From: a virus
Taxonomy: Duplodnaviria; Caudoviricetes
DNA: 64,000 bases
Reading direction: 5' to 3' (one strand)
Virus record (IMG/VR): IMGVR_UViG_2890524856_000001
Coordinates: 1-64,000 of that record
Shown here in pieces: positions 29,028-39,464 of this stretch. The notes beneath the pieces are model-generated. The model did not search any database. It was given only the letters and a program-made list of their open reading frames with translations, and was not told the origin of the DNA. The position numbers and the translations under genes were made by a program. How positions within the stretch are numbered: the stretch's first letter is position 1; every line of letters begins with the position of its first letter.

Positions 29028-32000
29028 TTATGCGATTGAAACGTTAAATTGACGGACTTTATCTGCGCGATTTTCAAGAAGCCAGTTATAAAATCTTCGT
29101 GTTGTAACCCAAGAATTGATAGGCGCACCTGGCAACTTCGCAACAATTCCAGCATCCTTTGGTGCGATACGCTTTGCTCCCTTAAAGGCAATTTCCTCTC
29201 CAAGAGATTGCGCCATAGTACGGAAACTCTCATCTTTATTGAATGGGAAAGTGTTTCCGATGATTGCAACATAGTTCCCGCCTGGTGGAGAAACTTCAGT
29301 TGATGCGCCACTTTCGATTGCGGATACAACTTCGTCCTGCTTAACTTCCTCGACCTTCGGCGGCTCGGTCAACTCCTTGTATTTTTTTCCATAGACATTT
29401 TTAACAGAGTAGCTATAGAAATTTGATAAGCTCGCACTTATGGCCGGATCTTCCCAATCCAATGCAGAATATGTCGTTCGATACGTACTCAACATCAACG
29501 AATCCAACTCGTCAACCGATTGCGTTTGCATGATTGACTGAGCTAAGTCCGCCTCATTCACGCGCTTACCACTTCTTTCCATTGCAGATTTTAAATACAG
29601 GATGATGCTGTACTCAGTAGAAATAGAGTAGGCAGCCGCGTTCACCGCCGCTACGCTCACCTGAAACCCGTTTGCGATCGCATACTTAACCAACTCTGAA
29701 GTGACATCTGCGGTCTGCGGCATGCCGTACTGTTCGACACGGACAGCCTCATCGACAAGAACATCATCTTTCCCGTACTCCCCCCCAACCAAAGTGACAT
29801 CCGGAGCCTGAGAGTCCGCAATACTCTTGATTAGAGCAATCGACTTATCAGCACCAGATTTAATAACGTACTGATACTTGGGAGCGTCAAAACGAACAAC
29901 TTCAGCCCTTACTCGTAGATTTGGACGAATTGCCAGCTTAGCCCTGACATCGAGATTGTATGCAGAATATAAATATTTCAGCCCTTCTTTTGGAAGACCT
30001 CCATCAAAGCGCTTAATGAGCGCATTGTCGATATCGACCGCACGCGACACTGTCTCGAAATAAACTTCCTGATCAGGATGCTCTTGAGTGATTATTTTTC
30101 CGGTGAACAACACGCTATTATCCGAAACACGCCCTTTGAAGTCATCACTTCCAATAGATCTTAATTCGGATGTTTCTCCGTTTGAAACAACCCATAACGT
30201 ATCATTGCGATCAATTACAAAGTCACCGGTGCCGACGATTTGCCCACGAATGATGCGCGACTGGCCTGCTTTCGCTTGGTCAATGCGTCCAAAGGATACG
30301 CCAGCGTCTGCACAAAGGGTGCGCGCCTTGGCCTCAGAATCCGTCGCCAGCGATTCGGCAATGCTGACCTCTTGCTGCCATTCCTGCATGACAATAGATG
30401 CTTCAAGGATTTTAAAAGTGCCCAGCGCATTCCTGGACACGTCATTGATGATGTTGTCTCGGCTAACCTTGTCACGCACGCGGGATCCACGAGAATGCTC
30501 AAGCCAGCCGTAGCTATCAAACTGCTTTTCTATCGTGTTTGCGCCGTACGATGGAGCCAGTGATGCCTTGATAGGTGCGATCAGTCTGTCGTATGATGCC
30601 TGCGCCTTCGCCAGCGCATCAGTTGCGCGCCCAATCGCCTTTGAATCGTCAGAGTCATCGATAACGGACTTTCTCGCCGCAGCAGAGCGTAAGGCTTGAT
30701 ACGCCTCGGCTGCATCCGCCACCATTTCGGCAAGAAACGCATTCGCAGTCGGATATTTGGCGATTATTTCTCGCTGTGCCAGCATGGTTTCTATATTTGC
30801 TGTCAATGCATCCTTGGCCGCACGCTTGCGCTCGACGACCTCGCGGCGCGCAATTTTCTCGCGCACCTTACGCATACCCTCTGCACTGCCGGCAGCCTCA
30901 GCAAGCATTTCTACGTCAGAATTTGATATGCCGCCGGCAATCTTGACTTTGTTACTGCCGTTGTTCGCCATCAGTTCGCCTATCCAGTCAGCTTTCTTGC
31001 TGACGATGCTGCGCTTATATTCGTCAAAGGTGCCGTCAGCATCGTAGTGGTAGATAGCTACACGACCGACATAATTACCCTGGCGCACACCGCGCCCGTT
31101 GCGCTGGTGGATGCTATCCGGCGTCCAGCCCACCGTCAGATGATGGATGGCCTGCGTACCTTTCTGATAGTTCACGCCAACTTCCGCTTTTTTGTTAGCG
31201 ACCACGACTCGATACTTATTTTCCTCGCCTTCCGCATTGAAACCGTCCTGCGTATCCTGCATGTCCGCGGCGTCCGAGATGGTCACGCCGTTGACAATGA
31301 CTATCTTGCCAGGATCAATGCCGCAGCGGTTTTTCAGCATGATCTTCAGCTTATTGTGCAGAGACAGCATGTCGCAGAACACCAGTTGCTTAGCCTTGCC
31401 CTTACCCCTTGGATTGCCGTTTTCAGCCTGGAAGTTATCTAGGAATGCTGCCAGCTTAGGCGATATCGTCACATCAAGATTCAGCTTGAGCTTGTCCGCG
31501 ATCTTCAGGAACTTGTTTTGCGTATCGATATTTTCCGTGTCAATCACGATCTTATCACCGGCAATCTTCGCCACTACCAGCACCTTGAGCACTTCGACAT
31601 CATCCTGCCCGCTATCCGCGCCGGACTTCTTGATCTTGCGGCTCAGAATAGAGGACTCATCCTGCGTCAGCGATGGGCGGTTGCGCTCCTCGGTGAATTT
31701 CTTGCCATTGAATTCGGCGACGGCCTTCTCGGCGATGTCTGCCTGGCTATCGTTATACACGTAGACGGTCGTTTGCCGCGCCAACTCAGGGTCGGCAATC
31801 AGTTTGCTTACCTTGTTGATGAAATTGAACGGATGGCCGATCAGGTCAATCGGCTCCTTGCTGATGGCTTGATAGCGCGCCACCAGTTCCTCCTCTTCCG
31901 GCAATACATCTTTGTTGCCACGCGCCATTTTCGAGGCAATGCTGTAAATTTTTTGGAGCATCTGCAATTGCGCCACAACATCGGGCGGTAACTCAACAGA

Positions 32001-35000
32001 GGTCGCGATTTCATCTGCATCCGGAATTTTCAAATCAACTTCTTTGGCGGTCTTAATGTTGCAAATCTGACCCAGTACATCACGCAGCAGATTGGTGTTT
32101 TGCAAGCCACGGAAAACGCGCTGCAGCTTATCGGTTCCAGCCAGCGAGGTAACTTCTTCTTCGGAGATATCGCAAAATGCCTCCATGAAGGCATCTGCGC
32201 CGCGCACACCACCCATGCGGCGATTGACCTCTTCCTCGCCGACGGCCAGTGTCAGCATAGAATAAATTTCCAGCGGGCTATTGGTAATCGGTGTCGCAGT
32301 CAGGATCAGAACACCATCCTTTAGCTTGGACTTGCCGCGGATATACCAAGTCTTCATCTGCATATCCATGCCACGGTCGGATGTGCTCGGGTCAGACAAG
32401 AACTTGGCCTGCTTAAAATCGACTGTTTCCTTGGAATTTTTAAACGAATGACCTTCATCAGTCACCAGGGAATCTATCCCCATATCCTCGAAGAACGGCA
32501 CGGCGGCAGAACCTTGAGCGCCAATCTTCGTCACTCCCTTCAGCTTTCCTTCCTTGGCGATCGCCGCAGCCTTGCTGTTGCTGTCGCCGGAATTGTAGGA
32601 ATAATCGACAGTGCCGAGGTAGCTTTCGTACTCTTCTATCGTATTGGCGCGCAGCGGAATCATGTTGAACGCTTCATACGTCATGAAGATTTTACGATGT
32701 TTATTCTCCAGTATGGTATTCAGGTCGCGAGCGTAATTGGACGAATTCATCGCTGCATTGCCATCCGTGTCGACGTCCAAACCAACAAAAAGACAGTCAT
32801 CCACTGACTTATAGCAGCTAATTGTTTCTTTGCGCCAGTTTGTCAATGTCGAATTTGGCACAACGAAAACGGTCTTTTTCTTCGCGCCGATAGACTGTAT
32901 ATGCTGGATCGTAATCAGGGAGGTCGCTGTTTTGCCAAGCCCAACATCGAACCCCAAAATACCGCTCATACGCTTGGCATAACGTCGGATAGCGGCATTT
33001 TGGTAGTCGTGCGGCTGAAACCCTTGGTTCAAACCGTCTATCGCAAGTGGGCTGTTATCGTCTACTTCACGAAAGAATAGGTTTTGAGGATTATCGAATT
33101 GCGCCTTCAGACTGGATTGAACGCCAGTATTGGATTTTGACCAGGCATCAAATTTTTGGTTAGTCTGAGTGATGAGTTGCTTCAGTTGCTCAGTGCGCAA
33201 CGCGTCCAGATTAGCGTTTGCCGCCTTTTCATCCTTATCGGTCAGCGTGCTCAACACGCCTCGCTTCAAGTAGTCGGCAAAGCGCTTCATGTTGCGCAGC
33301 TGGCTATCCGTCATGCCCTTGGCCTTCTTACCATCGAAGGCGATTTCCGGTGCATTGCCGTTTGCCAACACCGAAAAGCCCGGATGCACGTATTTACGTA
33401 GGAATTCCACCTTGCGATATACGTCTACATAGGGCGTGTTCAGGTTCAGTGTTAGCGCGCTAATATCGGTGCGAATCAGGCGATCTTGCGCATTCTGGCG
33501 CTGGCGCACCAGCTTTTCGCGCAATACCGGGTCGCTGGTTTGCTCGATTTCCTGGTTATTTTTGGCGATGAAGTCCGCATAATTCCCGGCATAGTAATCA
33601 TCGGCAGACATAACGCCCTTACCATCGCCAGACACACACCACTCATTCGACTCTAATGGATCAAACCCCTCCCCCATTACTTCAGTCAAATGATCCAATG
33701 GCACAAAACCGGCATCATTCGCCGCTTCATACTTAGCCAGCTCGTATTTTTGCGTTGGCTTGAGTTCGTTGATAACTACCTCAGCCAGCGAAGTACCCAG
33801 CCAGCGGTCGCGGAAACTTTGCGTCTTGGCGATGTACCAGATACCAAGCAGCGAAGCCACATCGCGTACCTGCTTAGGGACAGAGGAAGGAATACGCTTG
33901 ACGTTTTTTACGTTCAGGCGGATGGACTTGGACAGCTCAGGGTAAGCCTCGGCATAATTGAACGGCTCCTCGGTCACATGCTGATTCACCACATCTTGCA
34001 AGGCAAAAGCGGTTTTCAGCGCATCGAATACGGCAGCCTGATCCGCCAGCACGATAGATGAACTGATGCTAGGTACAACTGACTTGATCCACGTCGGAAT
34101 GTTTTTATAGTCGGCTTTGTCGGTTAGGTATTTGTGCAACTTCGCGGCGTCCGCCCAGGTTGCGCCTTTGTTGACGGCTTGCAGCGGTGAGAACAGGCTT
34201 TCGTTGATGTCAACGATTTCAACATCTTGTTCAGTCAGCGGAACTGGGACGAATACGCCGTTTTTGTAGGTCATTGTGCGACCGGCAACCGCGATAGCAT
34301 CGCCATCGCTATACACGATGGGCGCGGTAGGGGCAGCGTTCAACGCCTGCCAGTCAATGCGGGAATCGGGGAACTTGCGCAAGAGCCGAGAGATATTGGC
34401 AATACTATCATCGCTCATCACCTTCTCTACGTCACCAAAGCGCCCTTTGCCCATTTCAGTCTTGCCGAGAATGAAGCGCTTGCCTTCGCCCTTGAAATAG
34501 CCACCCACCAGGAATTCATCCCAGAGCACATTGCACTCATGCAGCTTGTCGGGGTTTTGTTGCACCAGCTCCTGTATCTTTTCGCTGGCTTCGCGGCTGA
34601 ATTTACGGAATACGATCACATCTGTCGTTACATCGGCACCGGCTGCATCAAACATCTTGTTCGGCAAGCGGTACGCACCCAGAAATTCCGCCTTGAGCGA
34701 GGCGCGGTACCTCAGCCTATTTTCGCTAGCATTAGCCACAAAAGCCTTACTCGTGACAAAACAAGCCAATCCGTTTGGGCGTAGCTTTTCTAAACTTCTA
34801 AGAATGAAATAAGCCTCCAGTGATTCGCTCTGATAGCGCGGATCTTTCAGCTTTTCCTTGCCCCGCGCCGAGTTGTCGCCAAACGGGACATTCGTCACAA
34901 TCGCGTCATAGGTTTCATCCGGCGTATTGGCAGCAATCGCCTCAAACGCACTGATCGTGACGTTATTTTTGGCACTGCCATTCACCAATTTATTGACCAT

Positions 35001-35756
35001 GCCGGAAGTTTCATCCAGTTCGATAGCGTCAATTACGGCACTTTTTGGCGAGGTCGCACCAAAGATGCCCGTACCGGCGCTGGGGTCTAACACCTTACCG
35101 CCAGCAAAACCCATCTCTTCCATGAGTGACCAGATACCCTGTGCCAAAGGCTTTGGCGTGTAATATTCGTACTGGGAACCACTCAAACCGTCGGCACCCG
35201 TCATGCCACCACCGTTACCGGAGTACTTGGCTAATATTTGCTTCTGCTCACCGGTCAGCGTAGCTCCATCCACCTTTCCTTGCTTGATGTCGGCCAGAAG
35301 ATTGATCGCGGCGCGGTTATCTTTCTGCCGCTGGCTTGGCTTGATGTCCTGGTTAAATTCGAAATAGATGGAGGTATCTGGTGCCGGCTCAGCTTCAGCG
35401 CGAGCATTTCCACCGAGAAGTTTTTGAATTTCCATGGCTCGAGCAGTGACCTTCATCAACGCCACCTTATCAGCCAGTTCATCGCTAGCTTTTAGAGCCA
35501 CAAATTTTGGCAGCAACTGCATCAACTCTGAAGTCAACTTCAAGTATTCAATTGGGCTGCTTGCATCATCCAGAGCTGGAATAGTAAAAAACTCTATTTC
35601 GGCATCAGTTAAATTGCCCAATAAAGAGGTGCCGTCGACTATCGAAGAAACGCCACTCTTCTCAGTAGGAATTGATTCAGGACACGAAAATGCCGGAGAA
35701 ACCCCGGCAGCATCCACGTTAATAGAGAGGTCTTTACCACCGAGATTTTCATCCAT
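29028..35756 (-). CDS. darB: DarB-like antirestriction protein: N6-adenine methyltransferase plus SNF2 helicase
   Basis: 2242 aa; VLDPSAGTG, TNVPFG, Walker A GLGKT, DEGH, QRNGRGVRQGN; size and context as P1 DarB. Confidence 0.85.
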   Translation of the reverse strand: MDENLGGKDLSINVDAAGVSPAFSCPESIPTEKSGVSSIVDGTSLLGNLTDAEIEFFTIPALDDASSPIEYLKLTSELMQLLPKFVALKASDELADKVALMKVTARAMEIQKLLGGNARAEAEPAPDTSIYFEFNQDIKPSQRQKDNRAAINLLADIKQGKVDGATLTGEQKQILAKYSGNGGGMTGADGLSGSQYEYYTPKPLAQGIWSLMEEMGFAGGKVLDPSAGTGIFGATSPKSAVIDAIELDETSGMVNKLVNGSAKNNVTISAFEAIAANTPDETYDAIVTNVPFGDNSARGKEKLKDPRYQSESLEAYFILRSLEKLRPNGLACFVTSKAFVANASENRLRYRASLKAEFLGAYRLPNKMFDAAGADVTTDVIVFRKFSREASEKIQELVQQNPDKLHECNVLWDEFLVGGYFKGEGKRFILGKTEMGKGRFGDVEKVMSDDSIANISRLLRKFPDSRIDWQALNAAPTAPIVYSDGDAIAVAGRTMTYKNGVFVPVPLTEQDVEIVDINESLFSPLQAVNKGATWADAAKLHKYLTDKADYKNIPTWIKSVVPSISSSIVLADQAAVFDALKTAFALQDVVNQHVTEEPFNYAEAYPELSKSIRLNVKNVKRIPSSVPKQVRDVASLLGIWYIAKTQSFRDRWLGTSLAEVVINELKPTQKYELAKYEAANDAGFVPLDHLTEVMGEGFDPLESNEWCVSGDGKGVMSADDYYAGNYADFIAKNNQEIEQTSDPVLREKLVRQRQNAQDRLIRTDISALTLNLNTPYVDVYRKVEFLRKYVHPGFSVLANGNAPEIAFDGKKAKGMTDSQLRNMKRFADYLKRGVLSTLTDKDEKAANANLDALRTEQLKQLITQTNQKFDAWSKSNTGVQSSLKAQFDNPQNLFFREVDDNSPLAIDGLNQGFQPHDYQNAAIRRYAKRMSGILGFDVGLGKTATSLITIQHIQSIGAKKKTVFVVPNSTLTNWRKETISCYKSVDDCLFVGLDVDTDGNAAMNSSNYARDLNTILENKHRKIFMTYEAFNMIPLRANTIEEYESYLGTVDYSYNSGDSNSKAAAIAKEGKLKGVTKIGAQGSAAVPFFEDMGIDSLVTDEGHSFKNSKETVDFKQAKFLSDPSTSDRGMDMQMKTWYIRGKSKLKDGVLILTATPITNSPLEIYSMLTLAVGEEEVNRRMGGVRGADAFMEAFCDISEEEVTSLAGTDKLQRVFRGLQNTNLLRDVLGQICNIKTAKEVDLKIPDADEIATSVELPPDVVAQLQMLQKIYSIASKMARGNKDVLPEEEELVARYQAISKEPIDLIGHPFNFINKVSKLIADPELARQTTVYVYNDSQADIAEKAVAEFNGKKFTEERNRPSLTQDESSILSRKIKKSGADSGQDDVEVLKVLVVAKIAGDKIVIDTENIDTQNKFLKIADKLKLNLDVTISPKLAAFLDNFQAENGNPRGKGKAKQLVFCDMLSLHNKLKIMLKNRCGIDPGKIVIVNGVTISDAADMQDTQDGFNAEGEENKYRVVVANKKAEVGVNYQKGTQAIHHLTVGWTPDSIHQRNGRGVRQGNYVGRVAIYHYDADGTFDEYKRSIVSKKADWIGELMANNGSNKVKIAGGISNSDVEMLAEAAGSAEGMRKVREKIARREVVERKRAAKDALTANIETMLAQREIIAKYPTANAFLAEMVADAAEAYQALRSAAARKSVIDDSDDSKAIGRATDALAKAQASYDRLIAPIKASLAPSYGANTIEKQFDSYGWLEHSRGSRVRDKVSRDNIINDVSRNALGTFKILEASIVMQEWQQEVSIAESLATDSEAKARTLCADAGVSFGRIDQAKAGQSRIIRGQIVGTGDFVIDRNDTLWVVSNGETSELRSIGSDDFKGRVSDNSVLFTGKIITQEHPDQEVYFETVSRAVDIDNALIKRFDGGLPKEGLKYLYSAYNLDVRAKLAIRPNLRVRAEVVRFDAPKYQYVIKSGADKSIALIKSIADSQAPDVTLVGGEYGKDDVLVDEAVRVEQYGMPQTADVTSELVKYAIANGFQVSVAAVNAAAYSISTEYSIILYLKSAMERSGKRVNEADLAQSIMQTQSVDELDSLMLSTYRTTYSALDWEDPAISASLSNFYSYSVKNVYGKKYKELTEPPKVEEVKQDEVVSAIESGASTEVSPPGGNYVAIIGNTFPFNKDESFRTMAQSLGEEIAFKGAKRIAPKDAGIVAKLPGAPINSWVTTRRFYNWLLENRADKVRQFNVSIA

Positions 35757-35761
35757 CTGCT

Positions 35762-38700
35762 TTAGCCATTCATTGTTTTTTGAGCCAGTGCCAGCGCTTG
35801 CGATGAGTAGGCATTAATAGCTTTCATCCACAAAGCCTGCATTGCCACATCGCTAGAAACGCGACCAAGAATAGCCTCCAGCTTACCTGCCAAGTCAGCC
35901 TCCCAAATATCAGCTTTTCCGTCGATAACAGATTGCATAAACGCTTCATCGTCGGCGTATTGATTTTGGATTGGAAGTTGCGCAGGCTCTTCAATATCAG
36001 CACTGTTAAGGATGGATTCAGGGGTATCAAAATCCGCTCCCGGCTCTGAATCGTGCGAAATTACTGCGGCTTCTTCAAGCGGATTAGACATCTCGCCGCC
36101 TGGCGCCGACAAAACTGGATCAGGATCTGTATTGGTTTGTGGATCAATTATGGAATTTGGCTCCGTCGCTGCATTGGCTTTCACGTCAACATCCTCGCCG
36201 GCGGCATGACTTATGAAATTTTCCAGCCTAGTTTCTGCTTCGGCATAGCGAGCATCCTTTTCCTGCTGCGTCTCCGCTTTCATGCCAGGGTAGTCGGCTA
36301 AAACGTCGTCCGAAACGGCCTTTCCGGAATCAAGTGCTGACTTTACTGCGCCACGATGAAATTCGGCGAATCTATCCTCATCCGTGCGATCGCATGTTTG
36401 ACCAATAAACGCAAAGTGGCCTCGCATTAACTCCTTCCATTTGGCGCACGTTACTTGCCATGCCTCGCCACCGGAACCCTCAAAGACATCCAATGGCGAA
36501 GAACCCTGATCGTTTAATTCGCCCCCACCGTTTGCCTGCAATGCAGCTTCAAGCGCATCACGCCGAACAGACAAATCTGCCGTCAAACTTCCCTTTAAAT
36601 CACGCTCAAATTCTATGGAATTAGCTTCCGTCCATTGCTCTAACGTACCGATGCGTGCAGCCTTTACGATAAGCGCTTCAGAGTGCCAATTCTCCGCTGT
36701 AAGCTTTGACTGCATGGCCTCGTAGTCATCTACTGAGAGAGCCTTAATCTCGTCAGGCGTCAGCAGCCAAGCTTGATTATCGATTGGGTCATCAATCGCC
36801 AACTGAATGCGCGCCGCCGGATCAACCTCAATGATTTCCGGCTTTTCACCGACAATAAACAGATTCAACACCATACCCGATACCGAGTCAAAAACGGCGT
36901 TGACTTCCGTTTCGCCTGGGTTTATATTAAAGGTGTCGGTAATCGCGGAATTGTGATTCGTGGAAACTCCCGATACAGAGGCGGCGCTTGAGGAATCGAG
37001 TGCCGTTTTTGTATCTACGACACCAGCATCAAGCAGCATGTCATAGTGCAGCAATCCCTTATCATCCTCTTCGATAACCACATCAACAGAAATCGACTCG
37101 CCAGCGAGCTCAACTATGTTTTTCAGCTTCAGGTAAGAAATTACATGGGGCTTTTTGTCCTTTTTGAAATTCTCTTCTGTTTTTGGATCGAATGCGGTCG
37201 CGATAATCGACTTAATAGACGACAGTATTTTCAGTTTTCGCGCATCAGCTGAGAAAGACATCATCTCTTTAATGCCTCGGGTACGAATCTCGACTTTGCG
37301 GCCAATCGACGCACAATCAACCCACTCGCCACGAAGCCCCATGAGATAGCTTTTAGCAGCTGAGCGTAATTCCCTTATCCCTTCTGGTGTATCCGGAAAG
37401 CTACCGAGTTCACTGCCAACCACGATCACGGCACTGCGGCTTGGCGTTTGTACCTGGCCTTCATCCGCAGAGGCAATAGGTTTCGCATCCTGCTTTTTAA
37501 AAAGTACGCAGTACTGCTCCCAATCCGGAACCAACTTCCAAATTCCATTAGCCATGGTGACTGCGGGCTTCTTGAAATCGCCCTGCATTTCAAATAGCGC
37601 CGCCAGCAATAGCGCTGCAGTCAAAGGACTATTTTTCGCCTTCACTTTCATTTTGTTTGAAATGCTACTGACGAATAAGCTGCGGTTGTAGCCTTTGTTA
37701 CCTCCATTGTCGATGGTATTAATGAAGTTCGCGCTACTTTTCATGGCGGCCAACGCTGACTTGAAGTCAGCTGTTTGCATGATCACTTTTGCAGCTTCAA
37801 GCGAATCAGTAGAAACCTCAGGATTAGGCGACACTTCGCTCGGCGGCTCTGCAACCGTAACCGGTTCATTTTCAGCTTTAATTACCTCTTTTTGGCTATC
37901 AGAAGGCAAAGCTTCGGCTTGCGCATTCTCGGCAAGCAACGCCTCTGGAATGTGATGCGCAAAATTTGCCGCATCCCAAGCCCTAATGTAGGCCTGCAAT
38001 ATCCCCCCTGACTCGCCAACCTTCAGCCCAGATAGCAAATCCATCAATTCAGAGTTCAGGGCTGGGGCGCGCCGCTTTCCATCAGCAAAAGCCTGCTTGC
38101 CAAGCGAAGTTGCCTTGCGCACCAAATCAATTGGATCTGCTGGCTCTGCAGGCGACTTACCGGCAGTTAGCTTTTCAAGTTCTTCCTTTTTCTTAGCTAA
38201 TATTTTTTGCAGCTCAGACAGTTCAACTTCTTTGGATGAAACAGATTCTTTTAACGACGCAATTCTCCCCATGCGCTCAGTACGCTTGATATTGGCGCGC
38301 TGAAAGGACGAAGAATTTTTCTCTGCCAGGCGCATAATTCGCCGGGCAACTTCACGAGGATTCAATTCATTGCCATTTTCAGGGGCAACGACAATCGTGA
38401 TGTCTTTTTTATTCAGCAGCCATTTCCAAGAGATCATTTCATCCGCAGGGGCAAGCTTATTGGGAGTATTGTCAGGGTTATGGAAAAAGGCACTGATTGT
38501 CTGCCCATCAGACAATTCAAAAACTGCTGCAACGTTAGTTACACCGTGCTGCTTGAAAGGGTCAGTAATTTGCATTGCGATCGGCTTGACATCGTTCCCA
38601 GATCGTTCCATCACCGCTTTAATTTGTGATAGCTTCCGCTCCATCTGAGAGAATGGAATCACCAGGGCATCAAGCGCGACCACTTCATCTGCATCGGAGA

Positions 38701-39382
38701 TAATGTCCATCACTTCGATAGGATCAAACATTAGGCCGGCCTGGTCGTGGCGACGGATATCATACAGAACTGAATCAAGAGAAGCGTTGAGGGGGAAACC
38801 GCCGTGTTCATCGCCGTCAACCCACTCCGGAATAGACATATCCTCATATCCATTTACTGGCAGTGAACTGCTAACCAATGGGCGCGTCATATCCCCATTT
38901 TTAGCCCACCACTTTACCTGGGAGACTGAGGCTTCAATCATATTTCCAAATCCAGCCCATCCGCGATCGTACGACCCCTGATAGGCCGCTTTTGCTTCCT
39001 CCGCGTCAGGAAATGCGAGCATTACCTTATGCTCATCAAACTCCTTTGTATTCGGATTAATCTGGTTGATGACAAACGCTCTTGTAGATTCAGGCATGTA
39101 TCCGATAAATACATCAATACCGTCACCATCTGCGCCTGTGGTGCCCTCAATGTAGCCGTAGTGGGCTGCCATTCGGTTTGACCACTGCACACCGGTCGCT
39201 TGATTGACGCCGCTACGTACGGATCCGCGTGGATTCTCAATGGCGATTCTCATGCCGTGCAGTGAGATGCGCCCCATTTTGTAGTTTCCGGCCACCTTCT
39301 GTCCATCTGTAGGCTCCGGCAAATTGTTATTACCCATCGCGCCACTGTGCGCACCCGCTTCAATTTCTGAAAATTTATCCAT
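35762..39382 (-). CDS. darA: Multidomain DarA-like protein: inorganic-pyrophosphatase-like domain, DarA core, LPD3-like domain, DarA C-terminal domain
   Basis: IENPRGSVRSG...HYGY...GADGD.IDVF; ELSDGQTISAFFHNPD; LKILSSIKSII...HYD; AINAY C-terminus. Confidence 0.8.
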   Translation of the reverse strand: MDKFSEIEAGAHSGAMGNNNLPEPTDGQKVAGNYKMGRISLHGMRIAIENPRGSVRSGVNQATGVQWSNRMAAHYGYIEGTTGADGDGIDVFIGYMPESTRAFVINQINPNTKEFDEHKVMLAFPDAEEAKAAYQGSYDRGWAGFGNMIEASVSQVKWWAKNGDMTRPLVSSSLPVNGYEDMSIPEWVDGDEHGGFPLNASLDSVLYDIRRHDQAGLMFDPIEVMDIISDADEVVALDALVIPFSQMERKLSQIKAVMERSGNDVKPIAMQITDPFKQHGVTNVAAVFELSDGQTISAFFHNPDNTPNKLAPADEMISWKWLLNKKDITIVVAPENGNELNPREVARRIMRLAEKNSSSFQRANIKRTERMGRIASLKESVSSKEVELSELQKILAKKKEELEKLTAGKSPAEPADPIDLVRKATSLGKQAFADGKRRAPALNSELMDLLSGLKVGESGGILQAYIRAWDAANFAHHIPEALLAENAQAEALPSDSQKEVIKAENEPVTVAEPPSEVSPNPEVSTDSLEAAKVIMQTADFKSALAAMKSSANFINTIDNGGNKGYNRSLFVSSISNKMKVKAKNSPLTAALLLAALFEMQGDFKKPAVTMANGIWKLVPDWEQYCVLFKKQDAKPIASADEGQVQTPSRSAVIVVGSELGSFPDTPEGIRELRSAAKSYLMGLRGEWVDCASIGRKVEIRTRGIKEMMSFSADARKLKILSSIKSIIATAFDPKTEENFKKDKKPHVISYLKLKNIVELAGESISVDVVIEEDDKGLLHYDMLLDAGVVDTKTALDSSSAASVSGVSTNHNSAITDTFNINPGETEVNAVFDSVSGMVLNLFIVGEKPEIIEVDPAARIQLAIDDPIDNQAWLLTPDEIKALSVDDYEAMQSKLTAENWHSEALIVKAARIGTLEQWTEANSIEFERDLKGSLTADLSVRRDALEAALQANGGGELNDQGSSPLDVFEGSGGEAWQVTCAKWKELMRGHFAFIGQTCDRTDEDRFAEFHRGAVKSALDSGKAVSDDVLADYPGMKAETQQEKDARYAEAETRLENFISHAAGEDVDVKANAATEPNSIIDPQTNTDPDPVLSAPGGEMSNPLEEAAVISHDSEPGADFDTPESILNSADIEEPAQLPIQNQYADDEAFMQSVIDGKADIWEADLAGKLEAILGRVSSDVAMQALWMKAINAYSSQALALAQKTMNG

Positions 39383-39406
39383 AGCGACCCCGATTATTGA
39401 GGCTCT

Positions 39407-39447
39407 AGTTTATGGACGAGCGGCAGCAGAGATTTCGCAGATTTTCC
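39407..39447 (-). promoter_or_regulatory. Putative late promoter 5 (GGAAAA-N29-TAAACT)
   Basis: Upstream of darA; exact spacing. Confidence 0.7.
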
Positions 39448-39464
39448 TAATGATGCCGACGGAT

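Noticed and set aside
14868-35817. Long antisense ORFs opposite capsid, sheath, tape measure and darB (e.g. 15531-16370, 23678-24457, 31192-31764)
   Set aside because: Shadow frames of well-supported genes, explained by codon bias
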